A stretch of DNA of 64,000 nt, taken from Candidatus Geothermarchaeota archaeon (GTDB taxonomy: Archaea; Thermoproteota; Nitrososphaeria; Geothermarchaeales; JDFR-13). Position 1 is the first letter of the stretch. Each line of letters opens with the position of its first letter. The position numbers and the translations under genes are program-made. The stretch spans positions 47,339-111,338 of the forward strand of contig WAKC01000043.1 in the NCBI GenBank assembly GCA_015523605.1. Reading direction: 5' to 3'. The notes under the pieces were generated by a model. It did not search any database and was not told where the DNA came from. It was given only the letters and a program-made list of their open reading frames with translations. Positions 29,514 through 38,705 of the stretch are shown here, in pieces.

Positions 29514-29795
29514 ATGGAGCTTGGATTTACGGAGTTAATGTTTCTACTCATATTCTTCCTATTATTATTTGGGCCAGATAAACTTCCCGAGGTTGCTCGT
29601 ACAATAGGTAGATACTACTCTGAATTTAATAGGTATAGAAAGGCGTTGGAGGAGGAGTTTAGAAAGGGTATTGAGGAGGGGGAGAAGATGGTCAAGTTTG
29701 AGGAGGAGAAGCCTAAAGATGTACGTCCAGCTAGGAAGGTAAAGAGGAACATCAAGAATGGTGGTGGAGAGGTTAAAGAGGGTAATGGTGAGTAG
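29514..29795 (+). CDS. tatA: twin-arginine translocase subunit TatA/E
   Basis: TM helix followed by FGPDKLPEVARTIGR, the TatA hinge/amphipathic motif. Long charged C-terminal tail. Confidence 0.75.
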   Translation: MELGFTELMFLLIFFLLLFGPDKLPEVARTIGRYYSEFNRYRKALEEEFRKGIEEGEKMVKFEEEKPKDVRPARKVKRNIKNGGGEVKEGNGE

Positions 29796-29801
29796 CCCGT
29801 C

Positions 29802-30608
29802 ATGTCAGTTGAAGAAGAGGTAAAGGAGGAGGAGCTTACCTTCTGGGACCATCTTGCTGAGCTGGCTATCCGGCTTAGAAGGGTTGTTATATTTGGTTTT
29901 ATAGCTACTGTGGCTTATTTGATTATCCCAGCCTCTCCAGATGATCTCTTTAAAATGGCTAGAGGAGAGGTATATAATCCCCTCTCTCTATATCTCCTTG
30001 AAAGGATAAAATCAGATCTTCTTGAGGGTGTGGCTGATAAAATCGAGCTTATTCCAGGTACATTCGCCGCACCAATAGAGCTATATTTCCAGGCGGCTAT
30101 CGTATTGGGTGTGATAACTACACTCCCCTATCTTGCATATGAATTATATATGTTTCTCGAGCCCGGGTTATACCCACATGAAAAGAAATTTTTAAAGAGG
30201 TTTGTCTTCGGTTTTACAATATCTTTTCTCTTAGGCTCCCTATATGGATACTATGTTATAATGCCGCTTACATTCCGTATACTCCTTATGTTCTCGGGGA
30301 TGCTGGATCTCACTAATTTCTTTAATGTAATGAGCTTTTATGAGCTGGCATTTCTAGGTGTTGTATCCACCGGCTTTGTATTTACATTACCTGTCTTCCT
30401 AGTCCTCGCATTTAAGTTCCAGGTTTTGGAGCCTGATCAACTTGCTGGAATAAGAAGATATTTATACTTCGGGGTATTCTTCATAACGGCACTCTTGACT
30501 CCAGATCCCACACCTATATCAATGCTTCTAATCTCCCTCCCATTTATAATATTATTTGAGATCTCACTATGGATAGGCAGGAGAATAGGTAGTGAAGAGT
30601 CACAATAA
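29802..30608 (+). CDS. tatC: twin-arginine translocase subunit TatC
   Basis: FWDHLAELAIRLRRVV N-terminus and six TM segments typical of TatC. Immediately downstream of tatA. Confidence 0.8.
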   Translation: MSVEEEVKEEELTFWDHLAELAIRLRRVVIFGFIATVAYLIIPASPDDLFKMARGEVYNPLSLYLLERIKSDLLEGVADKIELIPGTFAAPIELYFQAAIVLGVITTLPYLAYELYMFLEPGLYPHEKKFLKRFVFGFTISFLLGSLYGYYVIMPLTFRILLMFSGMLDLTNFFNVMSFYELAFLGVVSTGFVFTLPVFLVLAFKFQVLEPDQLAGIRRYLYFGVFFITALLTPDPTPISMLLISLPFIILFEISLWIGRRIGSEESQ

Positions 30609-31322
30609 GAAGGTTATTAATAGTGAGCCTATTATGAATATGAATAACCGTTTTGTTTCAGCCACTCCTAATTTAGTAATCTCTTTTAATGGGGTATAGT
30701 TTTTCTGGATGTGATGGCTAAGAGTCTTTGCCAGGGTATCCGCCAACAATATAAGATAGTATTGATTAAGTATGTAGTAAATTGGGATAATCGCGAAGGA
30801 GAATATAGCCGGTATCCATGTATCTATCCTCCCGATTTTGCTCTCGACATATAAGACGCTTGCCAATATGTAAAGAGAGTATATTATCCATATATTGAAT
30901 GTATCTGAAGTTATCTCACCGGCTATAGCTGCTGAGGGGAGGACTAGTGATGTTAGAGCTATAGAGCCTGTAGAGGTCGTTAGCATATCAGTCTTCCCAT
31001 ATAACTTTCTGAGGATAATTGTAATGGTTATTAGAAGGGCTGTGGGTATTAGGGAATATAGAATCTCATATTCTTGTAGGGCTAGGTAGAGGGCAATTAA
31101 AGAGTTTGATGCAAGGGCATATAGAGAAGGTATGCTTAAAAGTTTTTCTGGATGGTAGATTGAGTCTATAGTGAATATTATATGGAAGTTTATCAATAAA
31201 ACAATCAATATTCCCAGTGGATCTGGCCTCCCGGATGTGAAAATGCCTAGGATTCCTGCAAAGAATATAAACCCTACTATGCTTGGTTCAGTAGGAAATT
31301 TATATAACCTCTTTATACTCAT
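30600..31322 (-). CDS. hypothetical polytopic membrane protein (cysteine-free)
   Basis: 240 aa with about 7 hydrophobic helices. Overlaps the upstream gene by 4 nt. Confidence 0.4.
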   Translation of the reverse strand: MSIKRLYKFPTEPSIVGFIFFAGILGIFTSGRPDPLGILIVLLINFHIIFTIDSIYHPEKLLSIPSLYALASNSLIALYLALQEYEILYSLIPTALLITITIILRKLYGKTDMLTTSTGSIALTSLVLPSAAIAGEITSDTFNIWIIYSLYILASVLYVESKIGRIDTWIPAIFSFAIIPIYYILNQYYLILLADTLAKTLSHHIQKNYTPLKEITKLGVAETKRLFIFIIGSLLITFLL

Positions 31323-32164
31323 TTCTTCCTCTTCTTCTGCTGCTTTTTAGACTCTTTCTTGACGAGCTCCTCCTCCTTCAACATCCTAAACTTTGTGGAT
31401 ATCAAGTTGAAGGAGATTGCACCCAATAAGAATGAGAGGCTTAGGAAGAATATAGCGTTTGCACTGTAATCAAGGGTCTGGTATTGGAAGGTTTCCATTG
31501 AGATACTATCTTTAGGAACATTTATAATTAGCGGTGCCTTAACACTACCCATTTTCTCAAAGCTATTTTTATATACCTCGATTATGAAAGTCACCGGTTC
31601 ATCATTATAATCCAATTCTCTATATGCATATATACTTTTAAGGCTATTTGGATTGTTATACTCATCTCTAAATTCTAGGATTAGACGGTCTACAACCTTC
31701 ATCAGAACGAAATAGAATCGAGTATTTAGCCTACTATTCATTGGCTCTTCTGCATAGTCATACTCTTCTATCAATGTCTCTCCATTTAGGGATAGAGTTA
31801 AGTTATTCTCTATATAGTCCATCCCAATTAATCCCCTATTTATATATCTCTCTGTATAAAGCAGACTTATACCTAGTTCGGGCACCTCTACCTTGATATA
31901 TCCATAAATCTCTCCACCCTCTTCAACGTCTAGATCCATATCTATCGATATTACCCAACTACCCATCCTGTATCCATCTGCATATAATCTAAGTACGGAT
32001 TCCCCTATACTCCTTTCTGAGACGATATATGTGTCGGATATCTCTCGCCATTCTCCTTTCATAGTCTCTACTTTAAATACGTCAGCAAATACGGGTGGTG
32101 GGGCTGAGATTAGTAGAACTGTAAATAATGTAAAAATTATTGGCAATATCTTCATTGCAATCAT
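31319..32164 (-). CDS. hypothetical secreted protein with C-terminal TM anchor and polybasic tail
   Basis: Signal peptide MIAMKILPIIFTLFTVLLISAPPPVFA and a C-terminal hydrophobic helix followed by KKESKKQQKKRKK. Confidence 0.4.
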   Translation of the reverse strand: MIAMKILPIIFTLFTVLLISAPPPVFADVFKVETMKGEWREISDTYIVSERSIGESVLRLYADGYRMGSWVISIDMDLDVEEGGEIYGYIKVEVPELGISLLYTERYINRGLIGMDYIENNLTLSLNGETLIEEYDYAEEPMNSRLNTRFYFVLMKVVDRLILEFRDEYNNPNSLKSIYAYRELDYNDEPVTFIIEVYKNSFEKMGSVKAPLIINVPKDSISMETFQYQTLDYSANAIFFLSLSFLLGAISFNLISTKFRMLKEEELVKKESKKQQKKRKK

Positions 32165-32213
32165 AAAAGAATTGGATTCTCTCTATTTAATTATGTTGGT
32201 TTAATTTTTTGAT

Positions 32214-33152
32214 ATGTCATCTGTTGTGGTTGCAAATTGGGATGTCGATGGACAGGCTTCTGCCTCAATGCTTATAAGATCGGGATTTGCTGAGACTGTT
32301 TTCTTTCCTAGTGTTGGTTTTTATTGGTTAGAAGATGAATGGATAGACATTCTTTCCCAATATGAACATATATACATAGTTGATATGCATATCCCCCGTG
32401 TAGACGTTAAAAGGCTAAATACAACATCCTATGTCACAATTTTTGATGATTCCCGGCTCCATCCCGACTACTCAAATTTGAATGTTACGTGTGTATGTAG
32501 TAACAGATTCTCTACCACGTATATTTTAATGGATTATTTGGGTATTGAGCCTGATGTAGACGCCATTCTAGGTATGTACAACGATGTGGGAGATAACATA
32601 CTAACTTCTGAATACTGGGATATATTCAGTAAATATCTTGATAACCTGGATATTACTCTGGAGAATCTCTCACAACTTAAAGAATATTTTAATGCACCTT
32701 ATTATGTGAATGATGTATCCTCCCTCTATAGAAATGTTAAGCTCCTAATTAATAGGAGTTATAGATTAGATTCACTCCCCTATTTCGATAAAATGTTTAG
32801 GATAATAGAAGATAGGGATAGGTATCTGAAGGAGTTGGTGGATAATGTGTCTATAGATGGGGGTTTGGCTATGTTAGAATATGATGGGAAGATGTATGTT
32901 ATAGTCGATTTAGTGAGGGAATTGGCTAGACGATATCCTGATAAAAATATTTTAGTAGCTGATAAAGGCTTTATACCTGGATGTATCTCTATAGCCGTTA
33001 AGTCCAATAGGTATCTGGAGCCCCTGATAAAAAGATTTATGGAGAGGGATCTTCCGGCTGGAGGCGAAGGGTACTTTATGGGTGTAGTCGTTCCAAAAAG
33101 CGAGTATGGGCAGATTTATGAAGAGATTACGAGGTATATAAATATTGGATGA
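32214..33152 (+). CDS. DHH-superfamily-like protein with degenerate catalytic motifs (possible inactivated RecJ/Cdc45-like)
   Basis: N-terminal VVVANWDVDGQASASML resembles DHH motif I, IYIVDMH resembles motif II, and GGEGYFMG sits where GGGH is expected. No DHH triplet. This is an inference from weak motifs. Confidence 0.3.
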   Translation: MSSVVVANWDVDGQASASMLIRSGFAETVFFPSVGFYWLEDEWIDILSQYEHIYIVDMHIPRVDVKRLNTTSYVTIFDDSRLHPDYSNLNVTCVCSNRFSTTYILMDYLGIEPDVDAILGMYNDVGDNILTSEYWDIFSKYLDNLDITLENLSQLKEYFNAPYYVNDVSSLYRNVKLLINRSYRLDSLPYFDKMFRIIEDRDRYLKELVDNVSIDGGLAMLEYDGKMYVIVDLVRELARRYPDKNILVADKGFIPGCISIAVKSNRYLEPLIKRFMERDLPAGGEGYFMGVVVPKSEYGQIYEEITRYINIG

Positions 33153-33616
33153 GTGAAGAGAAAATAAAATTTATATCTAATTTCATCGATGGTTACAGTG
33201 GATATCTGAGTGGGGATGACCTAGAGAGGGTATCCCAATATGTTAGTGAGAAGGCTATAAGGTTAAAAAATGTTTTGTTGAGACTTTTGGCTTATGCACC
33301 TCCAGATGTATCCTCTTATTTTAAGATGTCTTCAGAGATATTGGATGATATATTAAAGAAGCTATCTATCCAGCATGGAACAGATAAGATTAGTAATGAT
33401 ATCGTTGCAAACCTAGTTGAGAAAGATTATAAAATTGTTGAGATAATAGATAAGATATTTAGGATTGTCGATTCACTTGCAGGGGGAGTTCCATATCCAC
33501 TATATAGGGAGTACGCCTCGATGATATATAACCTAGTTGCGAGGTTGAGGACTCTGATAATTGAGAAATCCTCGATTTTGATGTATAATAAATATGATAG
33601 AGGGTTGGGGATCTAG
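33149..33616 (+). CDS. hypothetical helical protein, translationally coupled to the DHH-like gene
   Basis: 4-nt ATGA overlap with the upstream gene. No motif. Confidence 0.35.
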   Translation: MSEEKIKFISNFIDGYSGYLSGDDLERVSQYVSEKAIRLKNVLLRLLAYAPPDVSSYFKMSSEILDDILKKLSIQHGTDKISNDIVANLVEKDYKIVEIIDKIFRIVDSLAGGVPYPLYREYASMIYNLVARLRTLIIEKSSILMYNKYDRGLGI

Positions 33617-34677
33617 CCTTTACTATAAAGCTCCTCCATCTTCTTAATAATAGCCTGCCCCATCTCCTTTGTTCCTACTGGTTCAACGTTATATACCCTT
33701 GCAATGTCATACGTCACATACCTACCTTCCTCAATAACTTTGAACACTGCCTTCTCAATAAGATCTGCAGCCTCCATCTCCCCTAAGTGTTGTAGCATCA
33801 TTACTCCAGCCATTATCTGGGCCGTTGGATTAACCTTATTCTGACCTGCATACTTTGGGGCGCTACCGTGTATGGGCTCGAACATAGCGTATTCATCTCC
33901 TATGTTTCCACTTGGAACTAGACCCAGGCTACCTACTAGCCCGGCTGTTAGATCTGAGAGGATATCGCCTACAAGGTTTGGTGTTACAAGTACGTCATAG
34001 AGCTCTGGCTTAGCCACCAATTGGTAAGCCATGTTATCAACCATATAGTCGTCGGCCTGTATCTCGGGATAATCCTTAGCGACTTCATAGAATACGTCTC
34101 TGAAGAGTCCATGACTCTCCTTCAGGATATTAGCTTTATGAACTGCGGACACCCTCTTCCTACCCATCTTCTTAGCATATTCGAATGAGAATCTGATAAC
34201 CTTCTCAGAGGTTTCCCTTGTCACAATGCCTATCGATTCTGCGGCTATCCTCTCCCTATCTACGGTATTTATCCTATGCTCTATACCTGCATAGAACTCT
34301 TCAGTTCCCTCTCTAATTACGATTAAGTCGACATCTGGGAATTTGGATGAGAATCTGGGAATGGCCTTTGCAGGTCTGACTATTGCATATAGCTTGAAAA
34401 GCTTCCTGATCGCTACATTAACAGATCTATAGCCAGTCCCTACTGGAGTCGTTATCGGACCCTTGTATAATATCTTATTCCTTCTTATACTCTCGATAGT
34501 CTCTTCTGGGAGTGGATCTCCATATTTTTCATATGCAGGTATTCCAGCCTCTTTCTCATCCCATTCGAATTTAAAGTTGTATAGTTCGCCAGCCTTCTCT
34601 AGAATCTCCTTTGCGACTGCTACTAGCTCAGGTCCAGTTCCGTCTCCAGGTACCAAGGTAATTCTATAACTCTTCAT
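33613..34677 (-). CDS. isocitrate/3-isopropylmalate dehydrogenase family enzyme
   Basis: N-terminal ITLVPGDGTGPE and the conserved metal/NAD-binding layout. Substrate (IPM, homoisocitrate or isocitrate) is not resolvable from sequence alone. Confidence 0.75.
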   Translation of the reverse strand: MKSYRITLVPGDGTGPELVAVAKEILEKAGELYNFKFEWDEKEAGIPAYEKYGDPLPEETIESIRRNKILYKGPITTPVGTGYRSVNVAIRKLFKLYAIVRPAKAIPRFSSKFPDVDLIVIREGTEEFYAGIEHRINTVDRERIAAESIGIVTRETSEKVIRFSFEYAKKMGRKRVSAVHKANILKESHGLFRDVFYEVAKDYPEIQADDYMVDNMAYQLVAKPELYDVLVTPNLVGDILSDLTAGLVGSLGLVPSGNIGDEYAMFEPIHGSAPKYAGQNKVNPTAQIMAGVMMLQHLGEMEAADLIEKAVFKVIEEGRYVTYDIARVYNVEPVGTKEMGQAIIKKMEELYSKG

Positions 34678-34773
34678 ATCAATCTAATATGTATCCTTCA
34701 TTCAAATTATTTAAAGGCATAGATATAATATATTTCATCTTTCATTAAAGGTGGGGTTATAAATTTATATTCG

Positions 34774-35925
34774 GTGATTTCATTGACGGAGGATGTAGTT
34801 GTCCATAAAGGCTTAGAAGGTATCTATGTAACAGAGAGTAGCCTCTCCTATATCGATGGATTGGCTGGTAAGGTCTATGTAAGGGGTTATGACCTTACTG
34901 AGCTTGCTATGAAGTCGAGTTATGAGGAGGTCGCCTACTTACTGATTTATGGGAAGCTACCGAATAAACGTGAGTATTACAATTGGGTGGAGGCTATATC
35001 CAAGAACTATGGTATCGAGGAGGGTATGAAGAAGATTTTACGGGAGATTCCTAGGTGGAATAGCCCCCTCGATGTCTTGAAATATAGTCTCCTCACGATA
35101 GGCTTGTGGGATAAGGAGCAGAATAGACTGGATAAAGATGCTTTATATGATAAGATAGTTAATATCCTGGGTAAGACACCCACGATCCTTGCTGCTTGGT
35201 ATAGGATATCTAATGACCTTGATATTATAGAGCCTAGGGATGATCTAAACTATGCAGCTAACTTCTTATATATGGTTAGGGGAGAACATGTTGAGGAGGA
35301 TGCCAAGGCGCTTGATACAGACCTTATCCTACATATTGAGCATGGTATGAATGCAAGTGCATTCGCCGGGCTAGTAACTATATCCACATTATCTGACATA
35401 TATTCTGCGGTCACCTCTGCAATAAATACTTTGAAGGGTCCGTTACACGGAGGTGCTGCTGGAGCGGCTTTGAAGCAGTTTAGGGAGATCGGAAGTCCTG
35501 AGAATGCCGAGAAATATGTGGAGGAGAAGTTGAGTAGGAAGGAAAGGATAATGGGGTTCGGTCATAGAGTCTATAAGACTTATGATCCAAGGGCTAAGGT
35601 ATTGAAGGAGATGTTGATGAAGATGGATTTGAAGGGCGAGGCTAAGAACCTCTTTGAGATCGCCCTCAGGGTTGAAGAGATCTGTATGGAGAGGCTTTGT
35701 AAGACGAAGAGGATATGCCCTAATGTAGACTTCTATGCTGGAATACTATATGTACACCTTGGATTCCCGATAGAATATGGCCCAGCAATATTCGCTCTCT
35801 CGAGGATAGGAGGTTGGATAGCCCATATCCTGGAGTATCTAGAGTCTCCAAGGCTTATTAGGCCCCGTCATAAATATGTAGGGCCCATAGGTTTGAAATA
35901 TGTCCCTCTTGAGGAAAGGGAGTAG
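34774..35925 (+). CDS. citrate synthase (or 2-methylcitrate synthase)
   Basis: Catalytic signature GFGHRVYKTYDPRA and a conserved His. Confidence 0.85.
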   Translation: MISLTEDVVVHKGLEGIYVTESSLSYIDGLAGKVYVRGYDLTELAMKSSYEEVAYLLIYGKLPNKREYYNWVEAISKNYGIEEGMKKILREIPRWNSPLDVLKYSLLTIGLWDKEQNRLDKDALYDKIVNILGKTPTILAAWYRISNDLDIIEPRDDLNYAANFLYMVRGEHVEEDAKALDTDLILHIEHGMNASAFAGLVTISTLSDIYSAVTSAINTLKGPLHGGAAGAALKQFREIGSPENAEKYVEEKLSRKERIMGFGHRVYKTYDPRAKVLKEMLMKMDLKGEAKNLFEIALRVEEICMERLCKTKRICPNVDFYAGILYVHLGFPIEYGPAIFALSRIGGWIAHILEYLESPRLIRPRHKYVGPIGLKYVPLEERE

Positions 35926-36009
35926 GTTTTTCACTCCCTAATTTTTATATTGTATATAACCCTGTTTTTTGGAGTAAATATTTAATACCTCTTTATGTAG
36001 GTGGTATTG

Positions 36010-36930
36010 ATGGCTCATATAGCTGTGGTGGGTGTTGGTAGGCTAGGTGCATCTATCGCCTATACAATCGCCTATGAACCCTATGTTGATAAGATGACTT
36101 TGGTAGACATTGTCGAGGGATTGGCTGAGAAGGTTGCCGAGGATATATCACATGGGCTTTCCTTACATAGCAGGGATTTCGAGGCAGTTGGATATACTGA
36201 TCCCGGTATGATTGAAGATGCTGATATGATAGTTGTTGTAGCTGGTTTCCCTAGGAAGCCCGATATGAGTAGGAGAGAATTGGCTGGTAAAAATGCTGGT
36301 ATTATAAAGTCTATTGTTGAGAAGTCTATGGAGAAGAATCCAAAGGCCATCTACTTCATAGTGACGAATCCTGTAGATGCATTGACTACTCTTGCAGCCA
36401 AGACACTTGGTGATCCAGATAGGGTTATAGGTACGGGTACGATGCTTGATACAGCAAGGTTTAGATATATTTTGGCTAAGGAGTTGGACGTGCCTGTATC
36501 CAGTGTTGAGGGGTATATAGGTGGTGAGCATGGAGAGGCGGCTGTAGCTCTCTGGAGCACGGTCTACATAGATGGTAAGCACATTGACGAGTTCGACATT
36601 GACAAGAATAAGATTTTCAGGTATGTAAGGGATATAGCGGCCAAGATAATTGCGAAACAGGGTGCTACTCTATGGGGTCCTGCAGGGGCATTTGTACATG
36701 TAGTGAGGGGTATGATGTTAAATACAGGTGCGATTCTATCCTACGCTAGGCCATACAAATTTGATAATGTTCCAGAGCCTGTCTATCTAACTGTTCCAGC
36801 CAGAATTGGGAGGGGATTGAGAGAAGATATATGGAATAAGCTGACAGATGAGGAGAAAGAGGGTATTAAGAAGGCAGCGGAGGCTATATATAAGACTTAC
36901 CAAGAATGTCTAGAGGCGCTTAAAGACTAA
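36010..36930 (+). CDS. L-lactate/malate dehydrogenase (LDH/MDH family)
   Basis: Rossmann motif IAVVGVGRLGASIAY and the LDH/MDH pattern TNPVD...GTGT.LD. ATG at 36010; the ORF track begins at the GTG at 36001. Confidence 0.8.
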   Translation: MAHIAVVGVGRLGASIAYTIAYEPYVDKMTLVDIVEGLAEKVAEDISHGLSLHSRDFEAVGYTDPGMIEDADMIVVVAGFPRKPDMSRRELAGKNAGIIKSIVEKSMEKNPKAIYFIVTNPVDALTTLAAKTLGDPDRVIGTGTMLDTARFRYILAKELDVPVSSVEGYIGGEHGEAAVALWSTVYIDGKHIDEFDIDKNKIFRYVRDIAAKIIAKQGATLWGPAGAFVHVVRGMMLNTGAILSYARPYKFDNVPEPVYLTVPARIGRGLREDIWNKLTDEEKEGIKKAAEAIYKTYQECLEALKD

Positions 36931-37676
36931 TGAGTATTAAGCATTGCGGTATTGACTTGAGGATTATTAAGGACGTTTATAACTCCCTTTTTTCTCTATC
37001 TCAAGGCCTGAAAGGCATACACATACCTCTTGAGAAGGCTGACCTGAGTAAATTCATTAGAAATGGTTTTAAGGTCTTCAAGTTTGACTGTTTAGATGAT
37101 GTTGTAGAAACAATTAAAGATGAGATTCCTGGAGACATTTTCTATTTAGATAGGTTTGAATCGGGTGTTATAGGTAGGAAGTTGGAGATCGGGAGTCCAG
37201 TGAATAGCATTAAAGATGTGGATTGGTATAACCTAAAGGTCGGACTCACCTATGCTGATTTCTTGGCTATAGACACAGGCTCTCTACTTTTAGTTGAGGA
37301 TGAGATTTTGACGAATATTACTAGCTATCCCGAGAAGTTATATGTAACCGTGTCTTCTAGTAGATTGTTAAATAGTTTCTTGAATTCATTCGATATAATA
37401 TATAACCTAAATAGAGTTTTTGAAAATAGATTTCTAATTAGGATTGTTAATGCACCTAGTAGAACTGGGGATATAGAGAAAAAGATCGTGTTTGGGGCTC
37501 ATGGACCTAGGGATGTAAACATTTTCATATATAATGATGGCATAGAGCTTCACCATATTTTGGCCAGCTATCTAACTCTCAGATTTTATGAAAAAGAAAT
37601 GTGTATAAGGAGGTATGGATATACTCTCGACCATTTCTTGAACATATATAAAGGGTATAAAATAGTAATGGAGTGA
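36930..37676 (+). CDS. LUD-domain protein, LutC-like
   Basis: ADFLAIDTGSLLLVEDE resembles the LUD motif (..A.TGT..L). Position directly before the LutA/LutB-like genes supports the call. Confidence 0.4.
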   Translation: MSIKHCGIDLRIIKDVYNSLFSLSQGLKGIHIPLEKADLSKFIRNGFKVFKFDCLDDVVETIKDEIPGDIFYLDRFESGVIGRKLEIGSPVNSIKDVDWYNLKVGLTYADFLAIDTGSLLLVEDEILTNITSYPEKLYVTVSSSRLLNSFLNSFDIIYNLNRVFENRFLIRIVNAPSRTGDIEKKIVFGAHGPRDVNIFIYNDGIELHHILASYLTLRFYEKEMCIRRYGYTLDHFLNIYKGYKIVME

Positions 37677-37730
37677 GGTGTATAAATCCTAAATATTTTT
37701 CCCTCTATAAGATACTACATCCCTATATTT

Positions 37731-38705
37731 ATGTTGATGAATAGTTCTTACAGGCTCCCAGAAAGTATCTTAATAGTTAGGGATAATATATTGAAAAAGA
37801 TGCATCCTCTAGGTCTATCAACTAGTGAATGTGGCTCATGGTGTATAGACGGGCCTAAAGATACGATTTTATATAGTGGATGTCTTTATTCGACGATGGA
37901 GATTGTATATTCAAAGGAAGCTCTATTGCATCTCGTTACATCATCACCCGACAAGAAGTTAACACCTAAATTGGCTAGGATGTTTATGGGTCTAGGGCCT
38001 CTGTATAAGATGGTGGTTTCCAAGAAGGATGGCAAGATTTATGAGATACCAAGAAAAGCTCTAGAGGTTTTGAAACAGATGGGTATGGAGGTTGGTTGTC
38101 TAAAGGAGGAGCCATATGTAGGTGTTTTACTATATGAGCTCGGTTTCCACAATGAATTTAAGGAATATGTGAATAGGGTTTATCAGCTGTTTAAGAAATA
38201 TGGTGTTAAGAGGATAATCACTTTGGATCCTCATACCTATGAACTACTCAAATATGTCTATCCAAAATACATAATGGATTATGATCTTGAGATCCTCAAT
38301 ATTCTGGATATAGTTATTCAGGGGCTCAGGGATGGTAGACTTACCATCGGTGGAGCTTCAAAGGATTTGAAGTATGTGTTCCATGATCCCTGTCATTATT
38401 CCAAATCACGTTATAGGAAGATTATAGAGGAGCCTCGTAAGGTGATGAATTCCCTGGGATTAAGAACTGTCGAGTCTAGAAAGAGTGGTGAGACCTCGAT
38501 GTGCTGTGGGGGGCCTATAGAGACTTATTTCTCAATGCTTGCTAGGAGGGTAGCTGAAGCGAGATATAAAGATCTTGTCTCTACAGGCGCTGATAAGATA
38601 GTGGTTACCTGTCCCATATGTCTATCGAGTTTCTTAACTGTTTCGAAGGATGAATCAAAGATTGTGGATCTTATCGAACTTATTTACGAGGGTTTGGAGA
38701 GATGA
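37731..38705 (+). CDS. Fe-S oxidoreductase with cysteine-rich CCG domains, LutA/GlcF-like
   Basis: CCG-type cysteine clusters DPCHYSK...MCCGGP...VTCPICL. Confidence 0.6.
   Translation: MLMNSSYRLPESILIVRDNILKKMHPLGLSTSECGSWCIDGPKDTILYSGCLYSTMEIVYSKEALLHLVTSSPDKKLTPKLARMFMGLGPLYKMVVSKKDGKIYEIPRKALEVLKQMGMEVGCLKEEPYVGVLLYELGFHNEFKEYVNRVYQLFKKYGVKRIITLDPHTYELLKYVYPKYIMDYDLEILNILDIVIQGLRDGRLTIGGASKDLKYVFHDPCHYSKSRYRKIIEEPRKVMNSLGLRTVESRKSGETSMCCGGPIETYFSMLARRVAEARYKDLVSTGADKIVVTCPICLSSFLTVSKDESKIVDLIELIYEGLER

Noticed and set aside
29514-30608. tatA-tatC considered as an export route for the cupredoxin or secreted proteins in the window
   Set aside because: None of the secreted or anchored proteins here shows a twin-arginine (RRxFLK) motif; the cupredoxin has only a single Arg (SDRLFLL). 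No support from sequence.
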